Source: Octopus sinensis (lineage: Eukaryota). Taken from it: a DNA stretch of 64,000 bases. Shown piece after piece: positions 51,030 to 64,000 of the stretch (position 1 is its first letter; every line of letters starts with the position of its first letter). Location of the stretch: the NCBI RefSeq assembly GCF_006345805.1, contig NC_043002.1:70308001-70372000 (forward strand), written 5' to 3'. The translations under genes and the position numbers were made by a program. The notes under the pieces were generated by a model, which was given only the letters and a program-made list of their open reading frames with translations, had not been told where the DNA came from and did no database searches.

Positions 51030-51720
51030 GAGAAAAAAATAAGAGCGGGGTGGGGCGGAGGAGAAGAAGGAGAGAAAGAAGAATAAGAAGAAGAAAGAGA
51101 AGACGAAGAAAGAGGAGGGGGGGGGAAGTAGATGAAGAAGGAGTTGTAGGAAGTGGGGGAGAAAAAGATGTAAAGGAAGTAAAAGACGAAGAAAAGGAAG
51201 AAGAAAATGAAGGAAGAAGGTAGGAGAAAATGGAAAAGTAGGAGGAAGTGGAGGAGAAGGAAGGGTAAAGGAAGAAGAAGAAGAAGAAGAAGAAGAAGAA
51301 GAAGAAGAAGAAGAAGAAGAAAAGGATTAGAAGTAGAAATGGGAAGAGAAGGTGGATGGAAAGGAGGAGGTGAATACAAGAAAGAAGAAGAGAAAGAGAG
51401 TGGGGAAAGAAAATAATAATGATGATGATAATGATGATGATGATGAAAGAGAAAAGAAAGAAGAAGAAGAAGAAGAAAGAGAAGAAGAAGAAGAAGAAGA
51501 AGAAGAAGAAGAAGAAGAAGAAGAAGAAGAAAGAAACCAGAGGAGAAAGGAATGAAGACGTTAAGGGTGAAACTGGAAACGTAAAAATAGGAGAGGAATG
51601 GAAAGTTAACGAAGATGAAAACTTTGCAGCAGGAAGAGAGAGGGAGAGAGAGGGAGAAAGAGTAAAAGAGAAGGAGTGAGAGAGAGAGAGAGAGAGGGGA
51701 GAGAGTGATATGAAAGACAA
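51030..51720. repeat. Polypurine (GAA/GGA/GA) low-complexity tract
   Basis: Direct read; source of the 389-aa and 272-aa artefact ORFs on the minus strand. Confidence 0.9.
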
Positions 51721-52127
51721 ACAATTTTCTATATGGTGAATGGGCGAAATTAAGATAAAAAAAAGCAATCATAAAAACGAAAACAAAAGAACCGCAAAAC
51801 CGACCTCCCAACACTGAAAAATGCGAAATAAATCAATCTTGAACAGATTTCATGTGGCTGGTTTTTTCTTGCTTCTGCTGAATTTTTTGTTGCTATTCAC
51901 GTTATCGCTCATGTTCCTGCTGCTACTGTTGTTCTTGTTGCTGTTGTTGTGATTGTTTGTGTCTGTTCGAAAGTATAATAATTGTAATTAGCTTACGTGA
52001 AGAACTGGACTTTTCTTGCAGAAATTGCGTGTACGGCAATACATCATTCCATCCGGTTCAGAAATAACAATGCTGACAATATATATGTATATAATAATAT
52101 ATATATATATATATACGGTATATTTGA

Positions 52128-52647
52128 AGTATTAATTTATAAAAATATGGTAAAGTAAAAGAATTCACTTTACCACACACCGAACTTTTCAGAAATAGCA
52201 GCCAAAAATTTGGCTATTTCTTCAACTGCAAATAAAAGTCTCCAGACAATGCATACTACTCAGAAAAATAACTCCATAGGTATAAGGGAAAACATGAAAG
52301 ATCACATCCATATACGATACCCGAGGACAGTCTGTTTCTTCTGGATTTGTGGGTAAAACGCCACTTTTCCTTCATCATCAGCTCAGAGATTTCTTTCTGA
52401 TTTAGATTTGAAAATACTAAGAATCACAAATCCAGAAACAGACTGTCCTCGGGTATCGTATATGGATGTGATCTTTCATTGTTTTTCCCTTATACCTATG
52501 TGAGTTATTTTTCTGAGTATGCATTGTCTGGAGACTTTTATTTGCAGTTGAAGAAATAGCCAAATTTTTGGCTGCTATTTCTGAAAAGTTCGGTGTGTGT
52601 GGTAAAGTGAATTCTTTTACTTTACCATATTTTTATAAATTAATACT
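52128..52647. repeat. Fold-back palindrome: ~224-bp arms, 73-bp spacer
   Basis: 52128-52351 and 52425-52647 are reverse complements; I saw only small indels between them. Confidence 0.93.
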
Positions 52648-52729
<82 letters not shown>

Positions 52730-52815
52730 TATTATATATATAATTTTTATATATATATATATATATATTAATATATATATATATATGTATGTATGTATGT
52801 ATGTATATATATATA

Positions 52816-53712
52816 TGGTCATCCCATAAATAATGCGGTTTTTCAATAGCATGAAATAAATGTCGAATTGGGGGTGGGATAAACTACCTGCATCAACTTG
52901 CTATAAAAGCAGGTAGTAATTTTAATTGTCCTTATTCGTAGTGCGAGGTCTGAAGATTGCAATTCGATTTTAACAGTTATTTTTTCAAAGCTATAATTGG
53001 AGTGATAAAGGAGCATATTCGGCATATTTTGCTTTGTGAGTTCAATAAAGGCAACAACGCAAGAAAAGTGCGAGGAATATTAATACAGTATATGGAGATC
53101 GGACAATAAGCGTATGCCAGTGTCAACGGTGGTTCCAGAAATTCCGAGCCGGAAACTACAGCCGGGAAGAAGATCCCCGTCCTGGGAGATTTGTAGAGCT
53201 CGACGGGGACGTCCCGCAAACCCTGGTGGAACAAAACCTCATCGTAACTGTTGAGGCACTAGCAGAGAAGCTAGGATTTGGTCAGTCAACCATTCATCGA
53301 CATCTGCGTGCCATCGGAAAATGAACATCGTTGGTTTCAAGATGAAAGTTGTTCTTCCATCAGGATAATGCTCCCCCACATACAGCGAGGATGATATTCC
53401 AAAGGCTGGAGCAACTTGAATCGGAAACGATGCCCCACCTATCATATTCACCTCATCTGAATATCATTTATTCCGCTGTCTTCAAAATCATTTGGGTGGT
53501 AAGAATATGAATCTTGTAGACGATGTCAGGACAGTAGTGGGGGAGTATTTTTCGTCACGAACAAGTGAAATGTGGAAGAGGGGCCTTGCAAGTCTACCAG
53601 ATAGTTGGAAGAGCATTGTAGAAAATTAAGGACAGAATATTTTAGATTAAAAAATATAACTTTATCTTAATTTTGAAAAGTAATAGAAGTATAAAAAAAT
53701 CGCATTATTTTT
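52816..53712 (+). mobile_element. Internally deleted mariner
   Basis: Left TIR TGGTCATCCCATAAATAATGCGGTTTTT follows TA, with a partial right TIR AAAAAATCGCATTATTT. KEHIRHILLCEFNKG...RWFQKFRAGN...TIHRHLRAIGK joins to FHQDNAPPH...PHLSYSP. Confidence 0.85.
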
Positions 53713-53744
53713 GTATATATGTATATACATATGTGTGTATGTAT

Positions 53745-54140
53745 TCATTTATTCTTCTACTTGTTTCAGTCATCAGACATCTGACTGCGGTCATGCTGGA
53801 GCACCGCCTTTAGTCGAACAAGTCGACACCAAGACTTATTTTTGTAAGCCTAGTACTGTTTCTCTCGGTCTTTTTTGAACCACTAAGTTACGGGAATGTA
53901 AACACACCAACATCGGTTGTCAAGCGATGGTGTGGGACAAACACGCACACACAAATATACACACACACACGCACACACGCACACACACACACACACACCA
54001 CGCACACACACCACACACACACATATATATATATACGATGGGATTCTTTCAGTTTCCATCTACCAAATCCACTTACAAGGCTTTGGACGGCCCGAGGCTA
54101 TAGCAGAAGATTCTTGTCCAAGGTTTACGCAATGGGACTG
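53745..54140 (-). mobile_element. SINE family D with internal (CA)n
   Basis: Same layout as 24738-25143; the 5' head is truncated. Confidence 0.85.
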
Positions 54141-54267
54141 TACATATGTACATGCATACATACGAAGAACGAAAGTAATAATGACAATAATAATAATAAC
54201 GACAACAACAATAATAGTAATAATAATGATAACAACAACAACAACGACAATAATAATAATAATAATT

Positions 54268-54353
<86 letters not shown>

Positions 54354-54999
54354 GTGCTACATCGGGCTGTCCATTCAAAAACAATTTTAATCTAATAACA
54401 TCGGTGGAATGGGATAAACGAACCTGTAGAAGACTTGGAGGAAACGGAATTTAAACGAAAATAATCGCAGAAACGAATTTTTTTCTCCCATACAAAGCGC
54501 AGTTTCTCCTATGCACGATGTCTCAGTGAATCATGTGCGAAACACACACGCGAAATCAACATTGGGAAGTTTACAAGTTATAAAATATAAATAGAACAAA
54601 GCAGTAAGTTTGTAAATTGATTACCTACGCATATACTCGAATGTCTACACATTACATGCATTATAATACCCATAGGACTACACATACATCCCAATGTTTA
54701 CACGAATACGTGAAATTTACAGGACACGCATAGACGCGTATGAAAACACATGCCACAAACAAAGCATAGAACAGAAAGCAAAACACAATAATTTTTTTTT
54801 CTAACTAACATAGATAGAGTGAACAAAAAACTATGCTCGGAGAAGAAAATACAGACGAATATAGATGTTAGCCTTAAGAAGCTACGTTAAGTGCAATGTT
54901 TTCATTGAGAAAATTCTGAGGCGGTGTTGTCTCAAAAGAATTAACCCTAAACAGACAGATCCACCCCACTAATGTCAACGTCCAAGCTCGTCATGCCTC

Positions 55000-57231
55000 A
55001 ATGATAACAAAGCAAAATATAAACCGAATCGGCTATCACGCGGAGCACCAATGGTCCCGTATCCGAGTGAAGAACCAGATTGGGTACGAAAAATCAGCTA
55101 CCGGTTCAAATTTTTCTGAAACACAGGAGCTGGAAGTACCCCTCAACCGGAATATTTCAACAGATGGCCTTCCATGCTCGTTATCAAATAATCAAAAGTA
55201 AAAGAATGAAAAATGGTTTAGGAGAGATAATAAAGAGGATCTTAAGGCCTTCTATTATGCCATATATTTCCCCACAAATGAATTCAATACTGAACAAACC
55301 TACTTAAACTGAAGACAGAAACATCTTCAAGTAAGACCCTACACTGACAGTAACAAACCTGTCAACGTCAGAAGAAACATCATGAAAAAGAAGTTACTAA
55401 CTGAATTAGAGACTGACCAAATTAAACAATCAGTAAGGGATAAAAAGAACGAAGTTGCAGTTAAAGGAGATACTATAGAGGAAATATTTTTAGAGCAACC
55501 CAGGTCTGATGAAAATGCAGTAATGATTTAAAGAGTTACTGTAACTGATAAGCAAAGTAAAGCACTCTCTGAACCAACCATAAAGACTAGGGCAGATTAA
55601 AATCAAATAGATGAAGAAAGTCACACAGAAATTGACCCAACACCGCCTCAGAATTTTCTCAATGAAAACATTGCAGAAAGATCCAATGTTAATCTTGACC
55701 AGCAGAATGTCATAAAGGAGTTAGAACCAGCGCACAGCTACAAATACCTTGGGGTATTTGAAGGAGACAGAATCAAGCATTCAGTAATGAGGGAAAGGAC
55801 CAGAAGAGAATGTTATCGTAGGGCAAGGGCAATACTCAAGACAGGGCCGAATGCAAGAAACAGGATCGAAGCGATAAATATTTTAGTTGTATCTATCGTG
55901 ACTTACAGTTTCAATATCATTAACTGGTCAATTACTGAAATATGTAATCTTGACAGAAAAATACGAAAATTGTTAACAATGCATAGAATGCACCACCTTA
56001 AGACAGATATAGAACGACTTTACCTGCCAAGAAAAGAGGGAGGCCGTGGACTTTTATGACTTGAATTAACAATGAAGATTCTCACAATTGGCCTAATCAC
56101 CTACCTGAAAAACTCTGATGACTGGATGTTAAAACTTGTCTTAAAGCATGGAAACAGTAAAAAGTCAGGCAAAGGAACATCTAAGTTAATTCCAAATACA
56201 ACACGTTCCAGAATTAGACGTACTAGAAACAAACGCAGAAAAAGCTAAGCATTTAAAAACCCGTGCTAAAACTGCTGCCTTAGATATTCTTAATGATAAA
56301 TGGCAAGAAAAACTCAAAGAGAGCGAATAATGCCGATGTTGACAAAGCCCTTACTCATCAATGGTTAGTGTCATCTGGCTTAAAATCAAAAACAGAAAGG
56401 ATTATCATAGTAGCCCAAGATCAATGCCTATCTACAAGAAACTATCAAGCAAACGTATTAAAGAACGGCAGTATCTCAACATGTGTATGTAAAAAAAAAA
56501 ATGAAACCATTGATAATGTTGTCTCCATGTGCAGCCTTCATGCATCTACAGAGTTTCTCAACAGGCATGATAGAGTAGCATAACATACTCACTGGGTAAT
56601 ATGCAAAAATCTGGACCTGCCCCATGATAAAAACTGGCGAGAACACAAATCACCTCCAGTGCTTGAAAATAATCACGTCTCACTCCTCTGGAGCTTCAAC
56701 ATTCAAACTGACAGAAAGATAAATGCGAATAGGCCAGACATTATATTGAAAGACTGCAGACAAAATCATGCCTTCTCATTGATATGACTGTCCCAATCTA
56801 CTTAAATGTATCTGTCAAGGCCTATCAAAAACTGAGCAAATATAAACATTTGAAATAGGAATTGACAAAATGTGGAACCTGAATGCTAAAACAATACCTG
56901 TTGTCATAGGTACCCTAGGAATGATTGCAAAAGGAGCTGATTCCTACCTAGCTAAGATACTAGGAAACCCCAAAATTGCAGAAATTCAAAAGCTAGTGCT
57001 AATGGGAACTGTCCATATTCTACGTAAAATACTATCTATGTAATCTCAAATTTTAAAACAAACTCAGAATTTTCTTGTTTACTTAGACATTCTCTAGAAC
57101 AATACTGTGTACAAAACCATATATGACACCCCAGGCATAACACCAACATGAACTTCTAACTTGTTTTCTCTTGAGGTCTCTGGGTGAGACTTGGAGTCAA
57201 CTTGTACAAATACAACGCAAATGTCAAACGT

Positions 57232-57240
<9 letters not shown>
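55000..57240 (+). mobile_element. R4/Dong-like RLE LINE, copy with N-terminal region but no RT core
   Basis: The N-terminal remnant (…EDLKAFYYAIY…RRNIMKKKLLTELETDQIK) joins to YKYLG...RLYLPRKEGGRGL, a CCHC remnant and RPDIIL. It ends in an (AAT)n tail; its 5' boundary is approximate. Confidence 0.85.
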
Positions 57241-58995
<1,755 letters not shown>

Positions 58996-59024
58996 TATGT
59001 ACTGATGCAGTACGAGACAGTATA

Positions 59025-59560
59025 TCTCATGGCTTCTGATCTTAACTGATTGGAAGTGTTATCATGTACATTGTTTTGTCTTGGTATAAAAGATGGGCTA
59101 CAGCAAATATTCTGCTCAATACCACAGATATGCTTGTCACTTGTTTGACCATAACCAGTTGAGCATGTATCTTAGTGACTGGCGATATGTGCATCTCTGA
59201 TCACGAGCAGAAGTAGTGAGGGAACATCATAGCCATGTGTTGAGAGAAATTCTTTGGGGTTTGAATAATTCGCCTTTGGAAATATAAGTGTTTCGTTCAT
59301 CATCCTTAAACAATCCTTATTCAGGGACCTTTTGAGCAGGATGGGCTACTCGAACTGAAGAAAATTCTAATTGGGCCCAACCTGCAAGGTCGCGCGCTGT
59401 TTGTCTATACATGAGATCACCATGTCGCGCTCATATGGTTGTGATGCATGTGCCTGGTGCACCCTTATCAGACGGGTAGTCATGATGGGTGTACTGGGCT
59501 TCATATATTTTACCCCAGTGTCACTTTGACGGCATGCACTGCTCTCTCACTCAATAATAA
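59025..59560 (+). mobile_element. Unclassified interspersed-repeat-like segment ending in AATAATAA
   Basis: Complex, GC-richer block with no ORF, bounded by TAA-type runs. Its repeat status cannot be shown from this window alone. Confidence 0.35.
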
Positions 59561-59606
59561 TTGTAATATTAATGATAGTAATGATGCTGATGATTATGTT
59601 GATACG

Positions 59607-59638
<32 letters not shown>

Positions 59639-59751
59639 ACAATAATAGCGTAGTAGGGAAGAATAAAATGAAGAACAGGAGTACAGGATGTAGAATACGG
59701 CGTTATAAGGTACATTGAAAAGGGAGAGTAAAAGAAAGAGAAAGACAGAGA

Positions 59752-59932
59752 AAGAGAGAGAGACAGACAGACAGACAGAAAGAGAGAGAGAGACAGCGAA
59801 AGTAAGAATGAAAGATATGAATAAGGAGTATGTGACATGGGAGTTCGAAAGTAGGTGTGGATTTAGAAAAGATGTGGAAAAATAGACAGATAGAGAATGA
59901 GACAGAGAGGGAGAGAAAGAGTGCATGCGCGC

Positions 59933-60003
<71 letters not shown>

Positions 60004-60626
60004 CAGTAATACCCCAGTCAAATGACTAAGACAAATAAGAGAAGAAAAGAAGAAAAGACGAAAAGAATAAAATACCCAGAAAATATCTATTTCTTTATTG
60101 CCCACAGGGAACTAAACATAGAGAGGACAAACAAGGACAGACAAAGGGATTAAGTCGATTAAATCGACCCCAGTGCGTAACTGGTACTTGCTTCATCGAC
60201 CCGGAAAGGATGAAAGCAAAGTAGACCTCGGCGGAATTTGAACTCAGAACGTAAAGACAGACGAAATATTACTGAGTCTGAACTCTGAAGTAAAAACGTA
60301 AGTTAGGAACTGAAGGAGAGAAAAATGAGTTTGACGGAGGAATGTGTACGGAGAATTGAAGAAGACAGAGTGGTACGCACGTAGAGGGACAGATAATAAA
60401 TGAGAGAATGAAAGAGAAGGACAGGGAGAAGAGAGAGAGAGAGAAGAGAGAGAGACAGACAGACAGACAGAAAGAGAGAGAGAGAGACAGCGAAAGTAAG
60501 AATGAAAGATGTGAATAAGGAGTATGTGACATGGGAGTTCGAAAGTAGGTGTGGATTTAGAAAAGATGTGGAAAAATAGACAGATAGAGAATGAGACAGA
60601 GAGGGAGAGAAAGAGTGCATGCGCGC

Positions 60627-60679
<53 letters not shown>

Positions 60680-61101
60680 CAGTAATACCCCAGTCAAATG
60701 ACTAAGACAAATAAGAGAAGAAAAGAAGAAAAGACGAAAAGAATAAAATACCCAGAAAATATCTATTTCTTTATTGCCCACAGGGAACTAAACATAGAGA
60801 GGACAAACAAGGACAGACAAAGGGATTAAGTCGATTAAATCGACCCCAGTGCGTAACTGGTACTTGCTTCATCGACCCGGAAAGGATGAAAGCAAAGTAG
60901 ACCTCGGCGGAATTTGAACTCAGAACGTAAAGACAGACGAAATATTACTGAGTCTGAACTCTGAAGTAAAAACGTAAGTTAGGAACTGAAGGAGAGAAAA
61001 ATGAGTTTGACGGAGGAATGTGTACGGAGAATTGAAGAAGACAGAGTGGTACGCACGTAGAGGGACAGATAATAAATGAGAGAATGAAAGAGAAGGACAG
61101 G

Positions 61102-61110
<9 letters not shown>
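59752..61110. repeat. Recent tandem duplication, 2 x ~680-690 bp, each unit containing (GT)n and a SINE-B fragment
   Basis: The units are offset by 694 bp before the (GT)n and 676 bp after it. One substitution was seen (GATATGAAT/GATGTGAAT). Confidence 0.92.
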
Positions 61111-61137
<27 letters not shown>

Positions 61138-61617
61138 GAGAGAGTGTGAGTGAGAGAGAGAGAGAGAGAGAAAAGAATGATAGAGACCCAGAGTTAGATA
61201 AGAGATGAGTAAAACTGACGGAAAATGAAGAGAAAGCGAGATAGGTGACGAAAAATTTTGACAATGTGAAATATATTGTAAACTGGAATTTAAAAATGGA
61301 AAGTAAACTGACAAGAAACGCAAAAGGTGAGAGATAAAGAAAGAGGGTGAGAAGAAAACCAAAATGACTGGAAGATACATGGTCGAATTGAAAGATAAGT
61401 AGGTAGACAGATATGTCAACCGACTATTTTCGGAGAGCCTCATGTTCTTTACCTAGCTTAGTGCTTATAAACGTCTTATATAAGTTGGACACATACAGAC
61501 ACCTGTAGATGCTTATGCCTGTCCATATATGCATATGTTTATCCACTTATATCTCTAACTCAACGTGTGCGTATACATACATACATACATACATACATAC
61601 ATACATACATACATACA

Positions 61618-61653
<36 letters not shown>

Positions 61654-61822
61654 TACATACTTATATGTGCACACTCATACATACATATATTATATGGGGA
61701 AGACTGTGTGTGTAACTCGTTGAATAGACAGAATAAAAGTATCAGAAATGCATAGATAGGTCAAATGAGAGAACAGAACATAAAATTGTCTTCCTTTGTG
61801 TTTTTGAATGTATATATATATT

Positions 61823-61861
<39 letters not shown>

Positions 61862-61884
61862 CTGTGTACACACATAAATATGCA

Positions 61885-61931
<47 letters not shown>

Positions 61932-62012
61932 ACACACATGTATATGCATACATACTCACACACACACACACACATATATATATACGTACATCGATACAAA
62001 CATAGGTACATA

Positions 62013-62073
<61 letters not shown>

Positions 62074-63284
62074 TATATATTCACGTATATAGATGCAGCA
62101 ACTTTAGATTAGCTTAACTATGTTTGTGACATATTTTCACTTCTTAAAACAATCTCAATGTTGTTTAGCACTGGGTAAAAAAAGAAAAAGAAAAAGAAAA
62201 ATCTCAGGCATATGATAGAAGGTAGAAATACATTTTTATCACCTCTGTGACATCCTCTCTTGGAAACAGAGATACATTTCTGGTTTGTTATAACCTCCTC
62301 AGTAGGAGATACCAAAGAGAGATAACCCTGAGCTGAACAGAAAGCGGTGGTTTTATACTCGAACAATCAATAGTAATGACTGACATACGCTCACTGCTCG
62401 CCTAGTCAGAACATTCGTATTAGCCTGAAGGCAGCTGAGTATGGTGCATTTTCATTCGACGAGAATAATTTTTTTGCGGTAAACTGTAGTGAAATTGCCC
62501 TTAGAAGCGAAAATATATAACGTGTATATTTGAACCGAACAAAACTTTACTCATTTTGCACCTCTACAAATGTGAGCCAAATACTCTAACCATTAAATCA
62601 CGGGCCTTTAACGTTAAATATATTATACCTTTTAATCAAACGATATAATTGTGTATCCCGCACATGTCTTTGTGATTCTTAATGTGATTCGCTGTGTCAA
62701 CGTGATTACGTTAGGGGAACACATGTCTGAGGAATGCGCAGTTGATTACACGTTATTCAGTTATTTCAGTTCATTGAATAACATTACTTTTCGTCTAACG
62801 ACAGCGATCCAAGTGCACAATACATACATAAACGCATAGATACACACAAAAATACATACGTACATGCACACACATACATATATGATGATAGTTTTGGATC
62901 TCTGTCCTTTGACAAAGAGGCATCAATTATTCGATCAAATATTTACTTGGCTAAATAAACGACATACTTAATTGCTTTACGCTCTTCAAACTGTGCAAAC
63001 TTGGAAGCAATTTTACATATATGTAGAAGAATTGAAACTAATGAAGAGATAGAACTAATTTCTTGAAATATGGATGAGCAATCGAACAAAAATATAAAAG
63101 AAAGTGAGAGTACATAAAGATAACACAATATTGCTTTCACATTTTAGCACAATGCCAGCAAATTTGGAGGGGAGAATGCAAGTCGATTACATCGATCTCA
63201 ATACTAAATATGTAATTATCGATGCCGAATTAGAAGCAGCTAGGGGTATAGCAGCAAAATCGAACACATACACAAAGTGTGTCT

Positions 63285-63722
63285 GTTGCTGGTTCATAGG
63301 TTGATTGCGTTTTTGGCGCAAAAGAATATATTCCTCGATTCGCCTGATGGGAAGGGTCTCCCTTTGATGCTGACATGCATTGTCTGTGCAAGACCCTGTC
63401 TCAGTACAGCTGGACTCAAGAGTCATCTTCGTAGTCATAAAGCGAGACAGATGAGTGACATCCTGGCTACTGGTGGTGGTGTAACACAACATACTAATCA
63501 TATCTGTCGGGCATGTGGAAGAGAGTGTAATTCGACAGGAGGACTTAGACGACATGCAAAGGTACATGAAGCCCAGTTACAACTACAGCCGGCTATTACC
63601 GGTAAAGGTATTAGTTGCCAATTCTGTACAATTCTGGGCTAAAAAGTCACATTCGATCACAGCACCAGTAACAGTTAAGCTTCGTGCAATGGCCATACTC
63701 GATAACGAGGGGGCAGCCATAA
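63285..63722 (+). mobile_element. RTE-clade LINE 3' end with C-terminal C2H2 zinc fingers
   Basis: CIVCARPCLSTAGLKSHLRSH and CRACGRECNSTGGLRRHAKVH, plus a broken third finger (CQFC...GLKSHIRS). It ends GGCCATACTCGATAACGAGGGGGCAGCCAT followed by a (TATG)n tail. Confidence 0.7.
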
Positions 63723-64000
63723 TATATGTATGTATGTATTTATGTATGTATACAGACATGCAGGAAGTAAATAGACACGTTTAGTTTTCAAATTCTTTCA
63801 TTTAATATGCAAAGCGAACAATTGAAATGTAATCGATAGGCAGGACTACATACTTTAGTATTTAGTTGACATTCCCTTTGCAGGTTTTAATTTAGAAACT
63901 CTTTTTGGCATTGAACTAATGAGCTTTGTGATTGTCTCTTGTGGAATTTCTGCTCACTTTTCATGCAACAATCGAAACAATTCATCTTTAGATTTAGGTT

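Noticed and set aside
50599-51814. 389-aa and 272-aa ORFs
   Set aside because: They are translations of polypurine/polypyrimidine and TACA microsatellites (poly-F, poly-L, poly-S, YVCM).
52548-52590. TTGAAGA...GAAA as a hammerhead in the 52-kb palindrome arm
   Set aside because: The best helix (AGAAATAGC/GCTATTTCT) swallows the core, and there is no stem III or cleavage triplet.

Overview
This is an AT-rich (visibly well under half GC) eukaryotic, repeat-dominated window with one 100-N scaffold gap (48369-48468). The repeat families suggest a cephalopod, probably Octopus; that is an inference, not a search result. I cannot support any intact host protein-coding gene, rRNA, true tRNA or CRISPR array, and most ORFs in the supplied track are translations of microsatellites. 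The window does contain decayed or truncated mobile elements: five mariner-type copies, a DD37D-like fragment, a Helitron helicase with its 3' hairpin, a piggyBac remnant, three R4/Dong-like RLE LINE copies, Tx1/L1 and RTE fragments, two Penelope-like (PLE) RT fragments, and about 15 tRNA-derived SINE copies. The best second-look signals are these. (i) Hammerhead-ribozyme motifs lie inside palindromic elements: a divergent pair at 4201-4402, where the minus-strand copy has an intact core and all three stems, and a relic at the exact centre of a 360-bp rod-like inverted repeat at 44250-44609. (ii) A 93-bp piece of an R4 LINE ORF is amplified in frame nine times (28277-29117). (iii) There are further long fold-back palindromes (45588-46145, 52128-52647) and several near-perfect local duplications. 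All family assignments come from recognising translated motifs by eye and need database confirmation.
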